A stretch of 64,000 nt of DNA from an uncultured bacterium (GCA_903842445.1 CAIMLT010000003.1:5696-69695), one strand, 5' to 3'. Positions 8,033 through 15,624 are shown, counted from the first letter of the stretch. Made by a program: numbers and translations. Notes: a model not told the origin generated them from the letters alone.

Positions 8033-9193
8033 ATGGAGTTTGAATTTCCCCTAAAACAAAATAAAGTTATTTTAGCGCTTGGTGGAGAATCCGCTGGCAA
8101 TTTTTCGGTTTGCAATAAGGGTAAAGTTTATTTTTCCAAAGATTTTGGCGATTTACTGGTTGAAAGTAACTTAGCAAATTATAAAAAGGCGGTCTTGAAT
8201 TATCTGAAAAAACATAAGTTTAAGCCTGAAATAATCCTAATTGATCTCCATCCGCTTTTTCACACAACCCTTTGGGGCAAAATGCTCACTAAACAATATA
8301 AAGCCGAATGCATCCAAGTCCAACATCACCACGCCCATATTTTTTCCTCTATCGGCGACAGAATATTGCAATCTGCAATCTACCAACTACCTGATAAATT
8401 CTACGCTCTAGCCATGGACGGAACGGGACTTGGAACAGACGGGAAGATTTGGGGAGGAGAGGTTTTTAAAATTAGTTGTCATTCCCGCGCAGGCGGGAAT
8501 CCAGTCTCATATAATTCAGTTTATAAACTAAATTTACCCTTACACGAGAATACAATAAACTATACTGTCGAAAGAATTGGGCATTTGGAAAATCAAATTT
8601 TGGTTGGTGGAGATTTAGCAATTCAAGAACCAGCGAGAATGTTAATTGGAATTCTAAGTAAATTCCTGAACAAATCTGAAATTTATAATCTAACTAAAAA
8701 ATATTATTCCAAAAACGAATTTGAGGTAATTTATAGCCAACTTAGACAAAATTTCAATTGCCTCGAAACTTCCAGCACCGGAAGAATTTTAGATGCCGTA
8801 TCGCTGCTCCTAGGCTTTTGCGGAAACGAGAGAAAATATAAACATGAACCGATTGATCTACTGGAAAAAAATTCCACTAAACCCTATGAACTTAAGCCAA
8901 TTATAGAAAATAATGTTTTATTAACTACGCCGCTGTTTAAATATTTGATTAAAAATCTGCATAAAGATAAAAAAAGACTCGCCGCCATGGCACAGCTTTA
9001 TCTTGCGCAGGGACTACTTAAGATAATTAAATTAGCTGGTAATTTTGACATTTTTATTTCCGGCGGAATTGCCAAAAATAAAATTATTTCTAAATGCTTA
9101 GAATCCAAAGGCGCCTACGCCAGTAAAATCATCCCTCGCGGCGACGCCGGACTTTCTTTCGGACAATTGGTTTATTATTTATTGAATTATTAA
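8033..9193 (+). CDS. hypF: HypF-like carbamoyltransferase, Kae1-like C-terminal domain only (no acylphosphatase, Zn-finger or YrdC domains)
   Basis: 386 aa with LALGGESAGNF, VQHHHAHIFS (the HypF QHHxAH motif as I recall it), AMDGTGLGTDGKIWGGE and RGDAGLSFGQ. It converges on hypE with overlapping stops. Confidence 0.55.
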   Translation: MEFEFPLKQNKVILALGGESAGNFSVCNKGKVYFSKDFGDLLVESNLANYKKAVLNYLKKHKFKPEIILIDLHPLFHTTLWGKMLTKQYKAECIQVQHHHAHIFSSIGDRILQSAIYQLPDKFYALAMDGTGLGTDGKIWGGEVFKISCHSRAGGNPVSYNSVYKLNLPLHENTINYTVERIGHLENQILVGGDLAIQEPARMLIGILSKFLNKSEIYNLTKKYYSKNEFEVIYSQLRQNFNCLETSSTGRILDAVSLLLGFCGNERKYKHEPIDLLEKNSTKPYELKPIIENNVLLTTPLFKYLIKNLHKDKKRLAAMAQLYLAQGLLKIIKLAGNFDIFISGGIAKNKIISKCLESKGAYASKIIPRGDAGLSFGQLVYYLLNY

Positions 9194-10248
9194 CAAATCC
9201 TCGGAATCAACTTCCCTCTCGGCACCTCAATTTTCTTAAGACTCCCAATATTTGTAGCTAAATATAAGCCTTTTTTCTCATTTTCTCGATTGGAAAACTT
9301 TTTCACAAACCCAATAACCTTAGCTTCTGGGTTGAATTTTTGCAAAATTTTAATAACTTTATCGGCATTTTCTTTGGCAACCGTCGCCACAAACCGACCT
9401 TCGGACGGAAAAGAGAACTTATCGATTCCCAAAAGATTTGAAAGCGCAACTGTTTCTTTGGCAAACGGTAATTTGCTTTCTTCAAGAATAATGCGGACTT
9501 TGGATTTTTCGGAAATTTCATTGAGCACCGCAGCTACTCCGCCGCGCGTCGGATCCTTGCAAGCTGTTAGATATTTCGCAACGCTTTGAATTTCTTTGGT
9601 GAGCGGCTGGCAATCACTTTTGATTTTGGTTTTATAATTAAATCTTTTGGAAAGAAGTGCGACGGCGTGCTCGCCAAGATTTCCGGAAGTAATGACAACA
9701 TCACCCGGTTTTGCACCATTGTTTGAAATAATATTTTCCGCAATTCCCACGCCAGAAGTCGTAATTTCAATTTTGTCGAGTTTGCCTTTTTCCGTAACTT
9801 TCGTGTCCCCGGTAACAATCGGCACGCCAGTAATTTTAGAAATCTGCCCAATCGATTGCATAATTTTTTTGAGATCCGCGATTGGAAAACCTTCTTCCAT
9901 CACCACGCTCAAAGAAATCCCGATTGGCACAGCGCCCATCACCGAAAGATCATTTATCGTCCCACAAATCGCGATTTTCCCGATGTCCCCACCCGGAAAA
10001 AAAATCGGATCAACAATAAAAGCATCTGTCGTAAAAACCAATTTCGATTTTCCCCCTCTCCTTAATAAGCCTGCCTGTCCGGTAGGCAGGGAGAGGGCTG
10101 GGGTGAGGTCAAAAACCGCCCCATCATCATTGGTATTTTTCCATTTTTTAGACCTCGGAAAACTTTTTCTAATTTCCGCAATCAACTCTTCGGATTTCCC
10201 GCCACCACCGCCATCTTCTAGCTCCACAAATTCTTTTTTATTATTCAT
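9190..10248 (-). CDS. hypE: hydrogenase maturation protein HypE (carbamoyl dehydratase)
   Basis: 352 aa ending in the HypE hallmark PRIC, with VDPIFFPGGDIGKIAICGTINDL and VTGDTKV. An in-frame insertion of about 10 aa coincides with the palindromic element at 10068-10092. Confidence 0.85.
   Translation of the reverse strand: MNNKKEFVELEDGGGGGKSEELIAEIRKSFPRSKKWKNTNDDGAVFDLTPALSLPTGQAGLLRRGGKSKLVFTTDAFIVDPIFFPGGDIGKIAICGTINDLSVMGAVPIGISLSVVMEEGFPIADLKKIMQSIGQISKITGVPIVTGDTKVTEKGKLDKIEITTSGVGIAENIISNNGAKPGDVVITSGNLGEHAVALLSKRFNYKTKIKSDCQPLTKEIQSVAKYLTACKDPTRGGVAAVLNEISEKSKVRIILEESKLPFAKETVALSNLLGIDKFSFPSEGRFVATVAKENADKVIKILQKFNPEAKVIGFVKKFSNRENEKKGLYLATNIGSLKKIEVPRGKLIPRIC
10068..10092. repeat. 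24-nt palindromic element (stem cctgcct / aggcagg), copy 1, in frame inside hypE
   Basis: agcctgcctgtccggtaggcaggga matches the copy at 12971-12994 at 24 of 25 nt in the same orientation. It encodes ALSLPTGQAGLL. Confidence 0.6.
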
Positions 10249-10275
10249 AATTTGTATTTTTATACTTCCTGTATT

Positions 10276-11322
10276 TTACACCTTAATGAAAAATGTAGGA
10301 AATATTTTTTTGAGTTGTTTTTCAATCTCAAATCCCTCGCAATGCCGCAAAACTCCAAGATACGATTGCAAACTCTTACTGAAAGATTCTACAAAAATCA
10401 AATCTTCCCGTAATAATTTGTGTTTCTGAGAATTTTTTTTGAATATTCTTCTTTTCGTTTTCGTTCGCAAAATCCGGTAATCAGAAAAGTTGACCATTCC
10501 TAGAAAATCAATGCCACTTGCCAGAGTTTTCAAAAAAACCTTATTTGGATGCAATTCCAGCTTCAGTTCATTGGATAAAAACTTTTCAATTTTTGGAATC
10601 TGATTTTCAAGTAAGCTTTTATCTTCCGACAAAAACACAAAATCATCGGCGTAGCGGAGATAATATTTGGCTTTCAGTTTATGTTTTGCAAATTGATCAA
10701 ATTTATTCATATAAATGTTGACGAATAATTGTGAAGTTAGGTTTCCAAGTGGCAAACCTGTATAAATTTTATTTTTGGTGGTAAAACTTTTTATAATATT
10801 TTCCAAAAGATTAATAATATTTTCATCTGGAATATATTCAGCTAGAATTTCCAACAAAATCTGATGATCCATATTAGCAAAAAACTTTTTAATGTCGCAT
10901 TTCAAAATCCAGCAAGTTTTGATATTATTTTTACTGACAATATGGGCATATTCGCGGAATTTATCAATGGCTTTATGTGTGCCTTTTTTGTTTCTGCAAG
11001 AATAGGAATCGGCAATGAAAGTTTTGTCAAAAAAAGGATAGAGAATTCTATATATGGCATGGTGCAAAAGTCGATCGCGCACGCTGGCCTTGTGAATGTC
11101 CCTGGGTTTTGGATCATTGATTTTGAAAGCTTGATAACCGCCGTGTTCATAGGTATGATTGAAAAGATCGCAGTGCAGTGAAAAAATATTATCCATCAGT
11201 TTCATTGAAAATTCTTGCACATCTTTTCTGTTTTTCTTGCCTTTTTCGAATTCTTGCCAAGCCAGAAGTAAGTTTTCTAAACAAATAATATTCTCAAAAT
11301 TATGACTCAATTGAATTTTCAT
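10276..11322 (-). CDS. diversity-generating retroelement reverse transcriptase
   Basis: 348-aa RT with catalytic YADD (LRYADDFVFL) and the DGR-type domain-4 motif GLPLGNLTSQLFVNIYM (SQ in place of the group II QG). There is no maturase/endonuclease domain. Avd, TR and VR lie alongside. Confidence 0.85.
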   Translation of the reverse strand: MKIQLSHNFENIICLENLLLAWQEFEKGKKNRKDVQEFSMKLMDNIFSLHCDLFNHTYEHGGYQAFKINDPKPRDIHKASVRDRLLHHAIYRILYPFFDKTFIADSYSCRNKKGTHKAIDKFREYAHIVSKNNIKTCWILKCDIKKFFANMDHQILLEILAEYIPDENIINLLENIIKSFTTKNKIYTGLPLGNLTSQLFVNIYMNKFDQFAKHKLKAKYYLRYADDFVFLSEDKSLLENQIPKIEKFLSNELKLELHPNKVFLKTLASGIDFLGMVNFSDYRILRTKTKRRIFKKNSQKHKLLREDLIFVESFSKSLQSYLGVLRHCEGFEIEKQLKKIFPTFFIKV

Positions 11323-11323
11323 A

Positions 11324-11713
11324 ATGATACTTCTACTCTTAAAGCCCCCCCCCAGAGGAGTGCCTGCTGTAATTATAAAAGAAAAAGAAACTTATACCTA
11401 TTGGCTAGCTTTGCATCGCAATTTCCCGAAAACTGAACGCTATGGACTTGGAAGAAGAATCGACCAGCTATTCCTGGAAATTCTTGAACTCAGTTTTACT
11501 GCTGCATATTTACCGGCTGATCCAAAAATAATCCTATTGGGAAAAATAATTTCTCGTCTTGATGTGCTTAAATTTTTCTCACAACTCGCTTGGGAAAATA
11601 AATTAATTCCTTCTGAAAAATATCTGGAACTTTCCCAAAAACTGGAAGAAATCGGTCGAATGTTTGGCGGCTGGAGAAAAGGACTTTTGGAAAAGAAAAC
11701 TCCTGCCAAATAA
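11324..11713 (+). CDS. avd: DGR accessory variability determinant (Avd-like four-helix-bundle protein)
   Basis: 129 aa. YTYWLALHRNFPKTERYGLGRR and the C-terminal EIGRMFGGWRKGLLEK resemble the Avd / 23S-rRNA-IVS protein family as I recall the Bordetella phage Avd ending. It is oriented opposite to the RT; the start codon is uncertain because a C9 tract lies at codons 8-10. Confidence 0.75.
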   Translation: MILLLLKPPPRGVPAVIIKEKETYTYWLALHRNFPKTERYGLGRRIDQLFLEILELSFTAAYLPADPKIILLGKIISRLDVLKFFSQLAWENKLIPSEKYLELSQKLEEIGRMFGGWRKGLLEKKTPAK

Positions 11714-11720
11714 GCAGGAG
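11700..11720. other. 7-bp hairpin (ctcctgc...gcaggag) overlapping the avd stop and flanking the 3' end of TR
   Basis: Perfect inverted repeat with a 7-nt loop lying between avd and TR. Confidence 0.35.
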
Positions 11721-11736
11721 AAAAACAGTAGTTTCA

Positions 11737-11845
11737 GAAGAACACCTGGTTGTCATCATTCCACCTATTCGTATCATCGACAGAGTTGGCATTGACGTTC
11801 CAACCATCGTCGTTCCAGTTACAATTCACCGCACGAAGCACACCG
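11737..11845 (-). repeat. DGR template repeat (TR)
   Basis: Near-identical to 12211-12319. In TR-sense (minus strand) it carries A at all 20 positions where VR differs, and it translates in the VR frame to NCNWNDDGWNVNANSVDDTNRWNDDN. Confidence 0.85.
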
Positions 11846-12106
11846 GCATTCTCGAGCAAAGAGCCATCCATTCCACTATCCTTCGAATGCTCTCCGGATT
11901 GTATCGCATTTGGGACATTAAAAGTCCGCCAGCTTTTTGCACCAATTCCTGTATTTTTTTGAAAAGATTATTTTCCATACTATTATGCAAGGCTTGCCCG
12001 GCACAACTCTCGCGAAAAATATCTTAAAGCCATGACACAAAAGCCGTAACCGTTGCGTATCACATGAGTTCATAAAAAGTATAGCAAAAAAATTTGAAAT
12101 AAAAAA

Positions 12107-12152
12107 TGACCCTTTGAATTTTTTTCGATTTTCGAGAAAATTCAAAGGGTCA
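12107..12152 (-). terminator. Rho-independent terminator of the DGR target gene (16-bp perfect stem followed by a T-run on the minus strand)
   Basis: tgaccctttgaatttt / aaaattcaaagggtca with a 14-nt loop. On the minus strand it is followed by ttttttatttc. Confidence 0.55.
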
Positions 12153-12170
12153 AAGTGACAAAGAATCAAA

Positions 12171-12184
12171 GGGACAAGTGTCCC
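12171..12184 (-). other. GC-rich hairpin (gggac aagt gtccc) immediately downstream of the VR and the target stop
   Basis: 5-6-bp GC stem with a 4-nt loop about 10 nt 3' of the stop. This is reminiscent of the cruciform/hairpin needed for DGR homing. Confidence 0.4.
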
Positions 12185-12189
12185 AGAGC

Positions 12190-12867
12190 TTAAGCGGCAA
12201 CAGGAACTCGGAAGAACACCTGGCGGACAGCACGCCACCCATCCGTATCATCGACAGAGCGGGCACGGACGTCCCAACCATCGCCGCACCAGCCACAAGG
12301 CACCGCACGAAGCACACCGTTTTTGTCCCTGATGTAGAAGATGTTGGCATAACCGTTGTTCAAAAGAACGCCGGCTTCACCATTCCGCTGCTTCTCCATC
12401 TGAGAGAACATTTCCGATAAGGTAGTTTCGGCTTTTGCTTCACCACCTATCTCGGCGATGATCAGATCGTCAACCGAGGCTTTTTTCAGTCTGGCACAGC
12501 GAAGTTCCTGCTCACCGATAGGAGTCTCAATTTTGCCATCTTCGCCAAGAAACCACTTCGTGAAATTATCGCCAAGGTAACTGATTTTGACATTAGCCTC
12601 TTTGCTCGTATCAACAATAAACTTATCACGAGCGATAAAATTCACAATTCTTGCTGGAATAGTGACGGTGTTGATCATTTCGAGCAGAATATTGATTATG
12701 CCCTCTGACCAACATTTCTCCTTTCGGAGAAATTTTTTGAATTCCGCAAACCACACTTGGCATGCCTCACCAGATAGTTTTTCCGCCAAATCGCAGATTG
12801 CTCCCAACATTTCTCTTGGAAGATCCACAATCTTACGAACTACTTCACCGAGCATGTCTTTTTTCAT
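12190..12867 (-). CDS. DGR target protein (variable C-terminal C-type-lectin-like region); no signal peptide
   Basis: 225 aa. The C-terminal VR-encoded segment GVLRAVPCGWCGDGWDVRARSVDDTDGWRAVRQVFF corresponds to TR-encoded GVLRAVNCNWNDDGWNVNANSVDDTNRWNDDNQVFF. Confidence 0.8.
   Translation of the reverse strand: MKKDMLGEVVRKIVDLPREMLGAICDLAEKLSGEACQVWFAEFKKFLRKEKCWSEGIINILLEMINTVTIPARIVNFIARDKFIVDTSKEANVKISYLGDNFTKWFLGEDGKIETPIGEQELRCARLKKASVDDLIIAEIGGEAKAETTLSEMFSQMEKQRNGEAGVLLNNGYANIFYIRDKNGVLRAVPCGWCGDGWDVRARSVDDTDGWRAVRQVFFRVPVAA
12211..12319 (-). repeat. DGR variable repeat (VR) at the 3' end of the target gene
   Basis: 20 substitutions relative to TR, all at TR-adenine positions. The 13-bp fully conserved 3' block (ccaggtgttcttc on the minus strand) fits an IMH-like end. 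Confidence 0.85.
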
Positions 12868-12970
12868 GGTCAGTCTCCTTTTTTCTTAAAAAATATTTGC
12901 TTCCAGCTAACCGACATGGTTTTGCCACAGCAGAAAAGATTCATTTTGAAACTAGATCCCCGTATTCACG

Positions 12971-12994
12971 AGCCTGCCTGCCGGTAGGCAGGGA
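12971..12994. repeat. 24-nt palindromic element, copy 2, about 105 nt upstream of the DGR target gene
   Basis: agcctgcctgccggtaggcaggga, a direct copy of the element inside hypE. Confidence 0.6.
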
Positions 12995-13165
12995 TGACAA
13001 TTTATAAAAACCCTTTCTGCTGTGGCAAATCACAAATATTAAAGAACTATCACTTAATAAAAAAGCTTCGCATATTTTCAGTTATATGTCAAACTAAATT
13101 GCCTTTTTTTGGCTTATGCAAAGGTTTTTATCGAAATTTACCAAGAAAAATTACAATTTTTGTCC

Positions 13166-14206
13166 TCAATTATCATATCTATACTCCACACTACAACTCC
13201 CCTCCCGTGAAACCATGCACGCACCTTGTGGATTATCCGGATTACACGCTTTCCCAAAAAGCGGACAATCTTTTGACGAAATAATCCCTTGCAAAACTTC
13301 GCCACATCGACACGCGCTCGGCTTGGTTTTTGTTTCTTTTTTAATTTTTGAAATCAAATCCCGATAAACAAATTCCGCATCATACTCACGATATTTTTTT
13401 CTAATTTTGAGTCCTGAATTTTTTATTTTTCCAAATCCGCGCCATGTGGCATCACTAATTTCAAAAACTTCCGCAATCATTTTTCTGGCTTTTGGATTGC
13501 CATCTTTCTTGACCAATCGCGAATAAGCATTTTCAACTTTTTTTTCGCCGGAAATAATTTGTGTAAGCAATTTATCAATCGCGATGAGCACATCTTCGCC
13601 GGTAAATCCGGCAATCACTTGCGGAATTTTAAATTGCGCGTAAATTTCTGTTCCGATAATCGCGCTAACATGCCCTGGGTTAATAAACCCATCAACTCTG
13701 ATTTTTTTATTTTGAAGCAGCGCTTCCATTGCCGGCGGAAAAAGTTTATGCGCAGAATAAACGATCAGCCCATTTCTAATCGCCCAAGCTGTCATCCCGG
13801 TCGTTGTTTCAAATCCCAGACCAAAAAAAACCAAATTCGGTTTTTCTTTTTTCATTTCGACCCCTTCAGTTATATCATAAACAATATTCACATCCGCGCC
13901 ATTTCTTCTGGCTTCTTCCAAGCTCATTAAATTTCCCGGAACTTGGATTGCGTCGCCATAAACCGCCACCGGAATTCCATGAAGCGCGAGACCAACCATA
14001 ACATCAATATCAGATTGATCAGTCACACAAACCGGACAACCCGGCCCAGAAACTAAAGTTATATTTTTTGGCAAAATATTTTTTATGCCATTTTCCGCAA
14101 TCGCCTCAGCATGCGTTCCGCAAAGCTCCATAAACCACAAAGGTCGCCCAATTTTTTCAGCTTTTTCGTGAATACTTTTTAAAAAATTTTTTAACTCACT
14201 GTTCAT
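13166..14206 (-). CDS. hypD: hydrogenase maturation protein HypD
   Basis: 346 aa with MELCGTHAE, GPGCPVCVT and a C-terminal CPLFGKACNP...GACMVSREGSC motif. Confidence 0.9.
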   Translation of the reverse strand: MNSELKNFLKSIHEKAEKIGRPLWFMELCGTHAEAIAENGIKNILPKNITLVSGPGCPVCVTDQSDIDVMVGLALHGIPVAVYGDAIQVPGNLMSLEEARRNGADVNIVYDITEGVEMKKEKPNLVFFGLGFETTTGMTAWAIRNGLIVYSAHKLFPPAMEALLQNKKIRVDGFINPGHVSAIIGTEIYAQFKIPQVIAGFTGEDVLIAIDKLLTQIISGEKKVENAYSRLVKKDGNPKARKMIAEVFEISDATWRGFGKIKNSGLKIRKKYREYDAEFVYRDLISKIKKETKTKPSACRCGEVLQGIISSKDCPLFGKACNPDNPQGACMVSREGSCSVEYRYDN

Positions 14207-14225
14207 TATTATTTTTTATCATCAC

Positions 14226-14339
14226 GACTTAAGCGTTCGTCCGGAAAAAGTCCGCACGTTCGTTTTTTTTGGCACCTTAAGGCTTTTGATAAAGCAAGAG
14301 AAGAAAAGTCAAAGTAATAAAATTACGCTTTAGTAATTT
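14226..14339. repeat. about 115-bp conserved intergenic element, copy 1 (between hypC and hypD)
   Basis: Roughly 80% identical to 19403-19520. The core is ttcgtccggaaaaagtccgcacRttcg followed by ggcttttgRtaaagcaagaRagaaaagYcaaag. Confidence 0.6.
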
Positions 14340-14345
14340 CAAAAA

Positions 14346-14564
14346 TCACACGCCAGCCTTAAGCTCTGTTTTCAAATACCCTTTCATTTCACTAGCATAA
14401 TCCGCATCCATCTTCTCAATCGCAAAACCCGCGTGCACCATCACATACTCACCAGCTCTCACTGAAACTAAAGAAATATTGATTTCTTTCTGGATCCCAT
14501 CAAAATCAACTGTTGCCAGTTGATTTTTGATAGAAATAATTTTTCCAGGAATAGCAAGGCACAT
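14346..14564 (-). CDS. hypC: hydrogenase maturation protein HypC
   Basis: 72 aa starting with the canonical MCLAIPGKII. Confidence 0.85.
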   Translation of the reverse strand: MCLAIPGKIISIKNQLATVDFDGIQKEINISLVSVRAGEYVMVHAGFAIEKMDADYASEMKGYLKTELKAGV

Positions 14565-14568
14565 ATTA

Positions 14569-15624
14569 TTATAATCTTGTATTATTTTTTATTTTCCCCG
14601 TAACTATTTTCCCCGCGTCTCTCACTAGTCTTGCTACCTCTCGATCAGTTAACACATAATCTAAAAACTCGCTTTTTTGGGCTTTTTTACTAATTTTTGA
14701 AGAAATAAAAAAAGTTCGGATATTTCTTGGATCAATTTTTTCCCGCTTGGCATCCGTAGTTTTAACATTTTTTATTATCTCATCTTCTCTGTTTTTATCT
14801 TCGTCTTTTAAGTTTATAATTCTTTCAAAACCTAAAGCAAAAAATAATTTTTCTAGATTTTGCTCTGGGGTTATGTTTTTTATTTGTTCTTTTATTTTAT
14901 CTAAAATTCCAAAGTCAAAAACTGCGACAGAAAGCTTTTTCAGATCAGATAGATCGCTCGCGATTTTCTCAAGATTATTTTGATCTGTGAGCGCCGCCGT
15001 AGGACACGCTCTGACACACTCACCGCAAAAACTGCAATCTAAAACTTTTTCATATGGCGTCCCCACAATCACATCTCCCGCGCGATTATTAAAGCCAAAC
15101 TTCTTCTCTGGACAAATGCTTATACACCTTCGACATTCCACGCAAAATTCCGAATTTCGAGAAACACACGGATTATCATTTTCCACTACAACGCGCGACC
15201 AATTGTCATGCACTAAATTCAATTCTTCTTTGCTCGTCATCTCGCCACGTCTCGGCACAAAATGAAAGTTTTCAATCCTATATTCTTCCGCCAATTTCTG
15301 GAGTTCACACATCCGATTTTTCTTGCAAGTCACGCATTTCCCCGCGTGATCCGCCCAAAGAAGCTCCAGATTAATCCGCCGAGCCTTTTGGACTTTTTCG
15401 CTTTCGATGAACACTTCCAAACCTTCGCAAACTTTTGTCGTGCAAGAAGTCACTAACTTTTCCGTCTTATTTGTTTCCACCAAGCAGAGCCGACATGCTC
15501 CTCCACGTGAAAGTCCCTCAAATGAACACAGCGTCGCAACCGGAATATTTTTCCGCCGACAAACATCCAGAATAGTTTCTCCGTTTTTTACTGTATATTT
15601 TTTATTATTGATTTTAATTTGCAT
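14569..15624 (-). CDS. HoxU / NuoG-N-terminal-like iron-sulfur protein (2Fe-2S plus two 4Fe-4S ferredoxin motifs)
   Basis: N-terminal 2Fe-2S cysteines (CSFEGLSRGGACRLC), then CVECRRCISICP and CSFCGECVRACP, followed by a C-terminal extension of about 120 aa. Confidence 0.8.
   Translation of the reverse strand: MQIKINNKKYTVKNGETILDVCRRKNIPVATLCSFEGLSRGGACRLCLVETNKTEKLVTSCTTKVCEGLEVFIESEKVQKARRINLELLWADHAGKCVTCKKNRMCELQKLAEEYRIENFHFVPRRGEMTSKEELNLVHDNWSRVVVENDNPCVSRNSEFCVECRRCISICPEKKFGFNNRAGDVIVGTPYEKVLDCSFCGECVRACPTAALTDQNNLEKIASDLSDLKKLSVAVFDFGILDKIKEQIKNITPEQNLEKLFFALGFERIINLKDEDKNREDEIIKNVKTTDAKREKIDPRNIRTFFISSKISKKAQKSEFLDYVLTDREVARLVRDAGKIVTGKIKNNTRL

Larger units (their letters stand above)
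10276..12867 (-). mobile_element. complete DGR cassette: target gene with VR - terminator - TR - avd (inverted) - RT
   Basis: TR and VR are 109 bp long with 89 identical positions. All 20 mismatches fall on TR adenines (minus-strand sense). The TR reading frame is rich in AAC/AAT codons. Confidence 0.85.

Noticed and set aside
8466-8490. 8-bp palindrome attcccgc-gcag-gcgggaat inside hypF and an 11-mer (gtcattcccgc) shared with 50872-50882
   Set aside because: Short. The shared 11-mer could be chance at this window size (expected about 0.03 per window), and there is no extended similarity around it.
8033-9193. Possibility that this is TsaD/Kae1 (t6A synthesis) rather than HypF
   Set aside because: The QHHHAH and GGE..N motifs and the location convergent with hypE in a hyp cluster fit the HypF Kae1-like domain better than the TsaD HxxGH pattern. 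Needs phylogeny to be certain.
10276-11322. RT as a group II intron or retron RT
   Set aside because: There is no maturase X/endonuclease domain and no intron RNA domains V/VI were noticed. Domain 4 reads GNLTSQ (DGR-type), and a TR/VR pair with A-specific mismatches lies adjacent.
11440-12238. ORF-track entries 11440-11709(-), 11568-11807(-), 11750-11962(+), 11918-12238(-)
   Set aside because: They lie antisense to avd or across the TR/VR and the terminator and have no motifs. The region is explained by TR, the hairpins and intergenic DNA.
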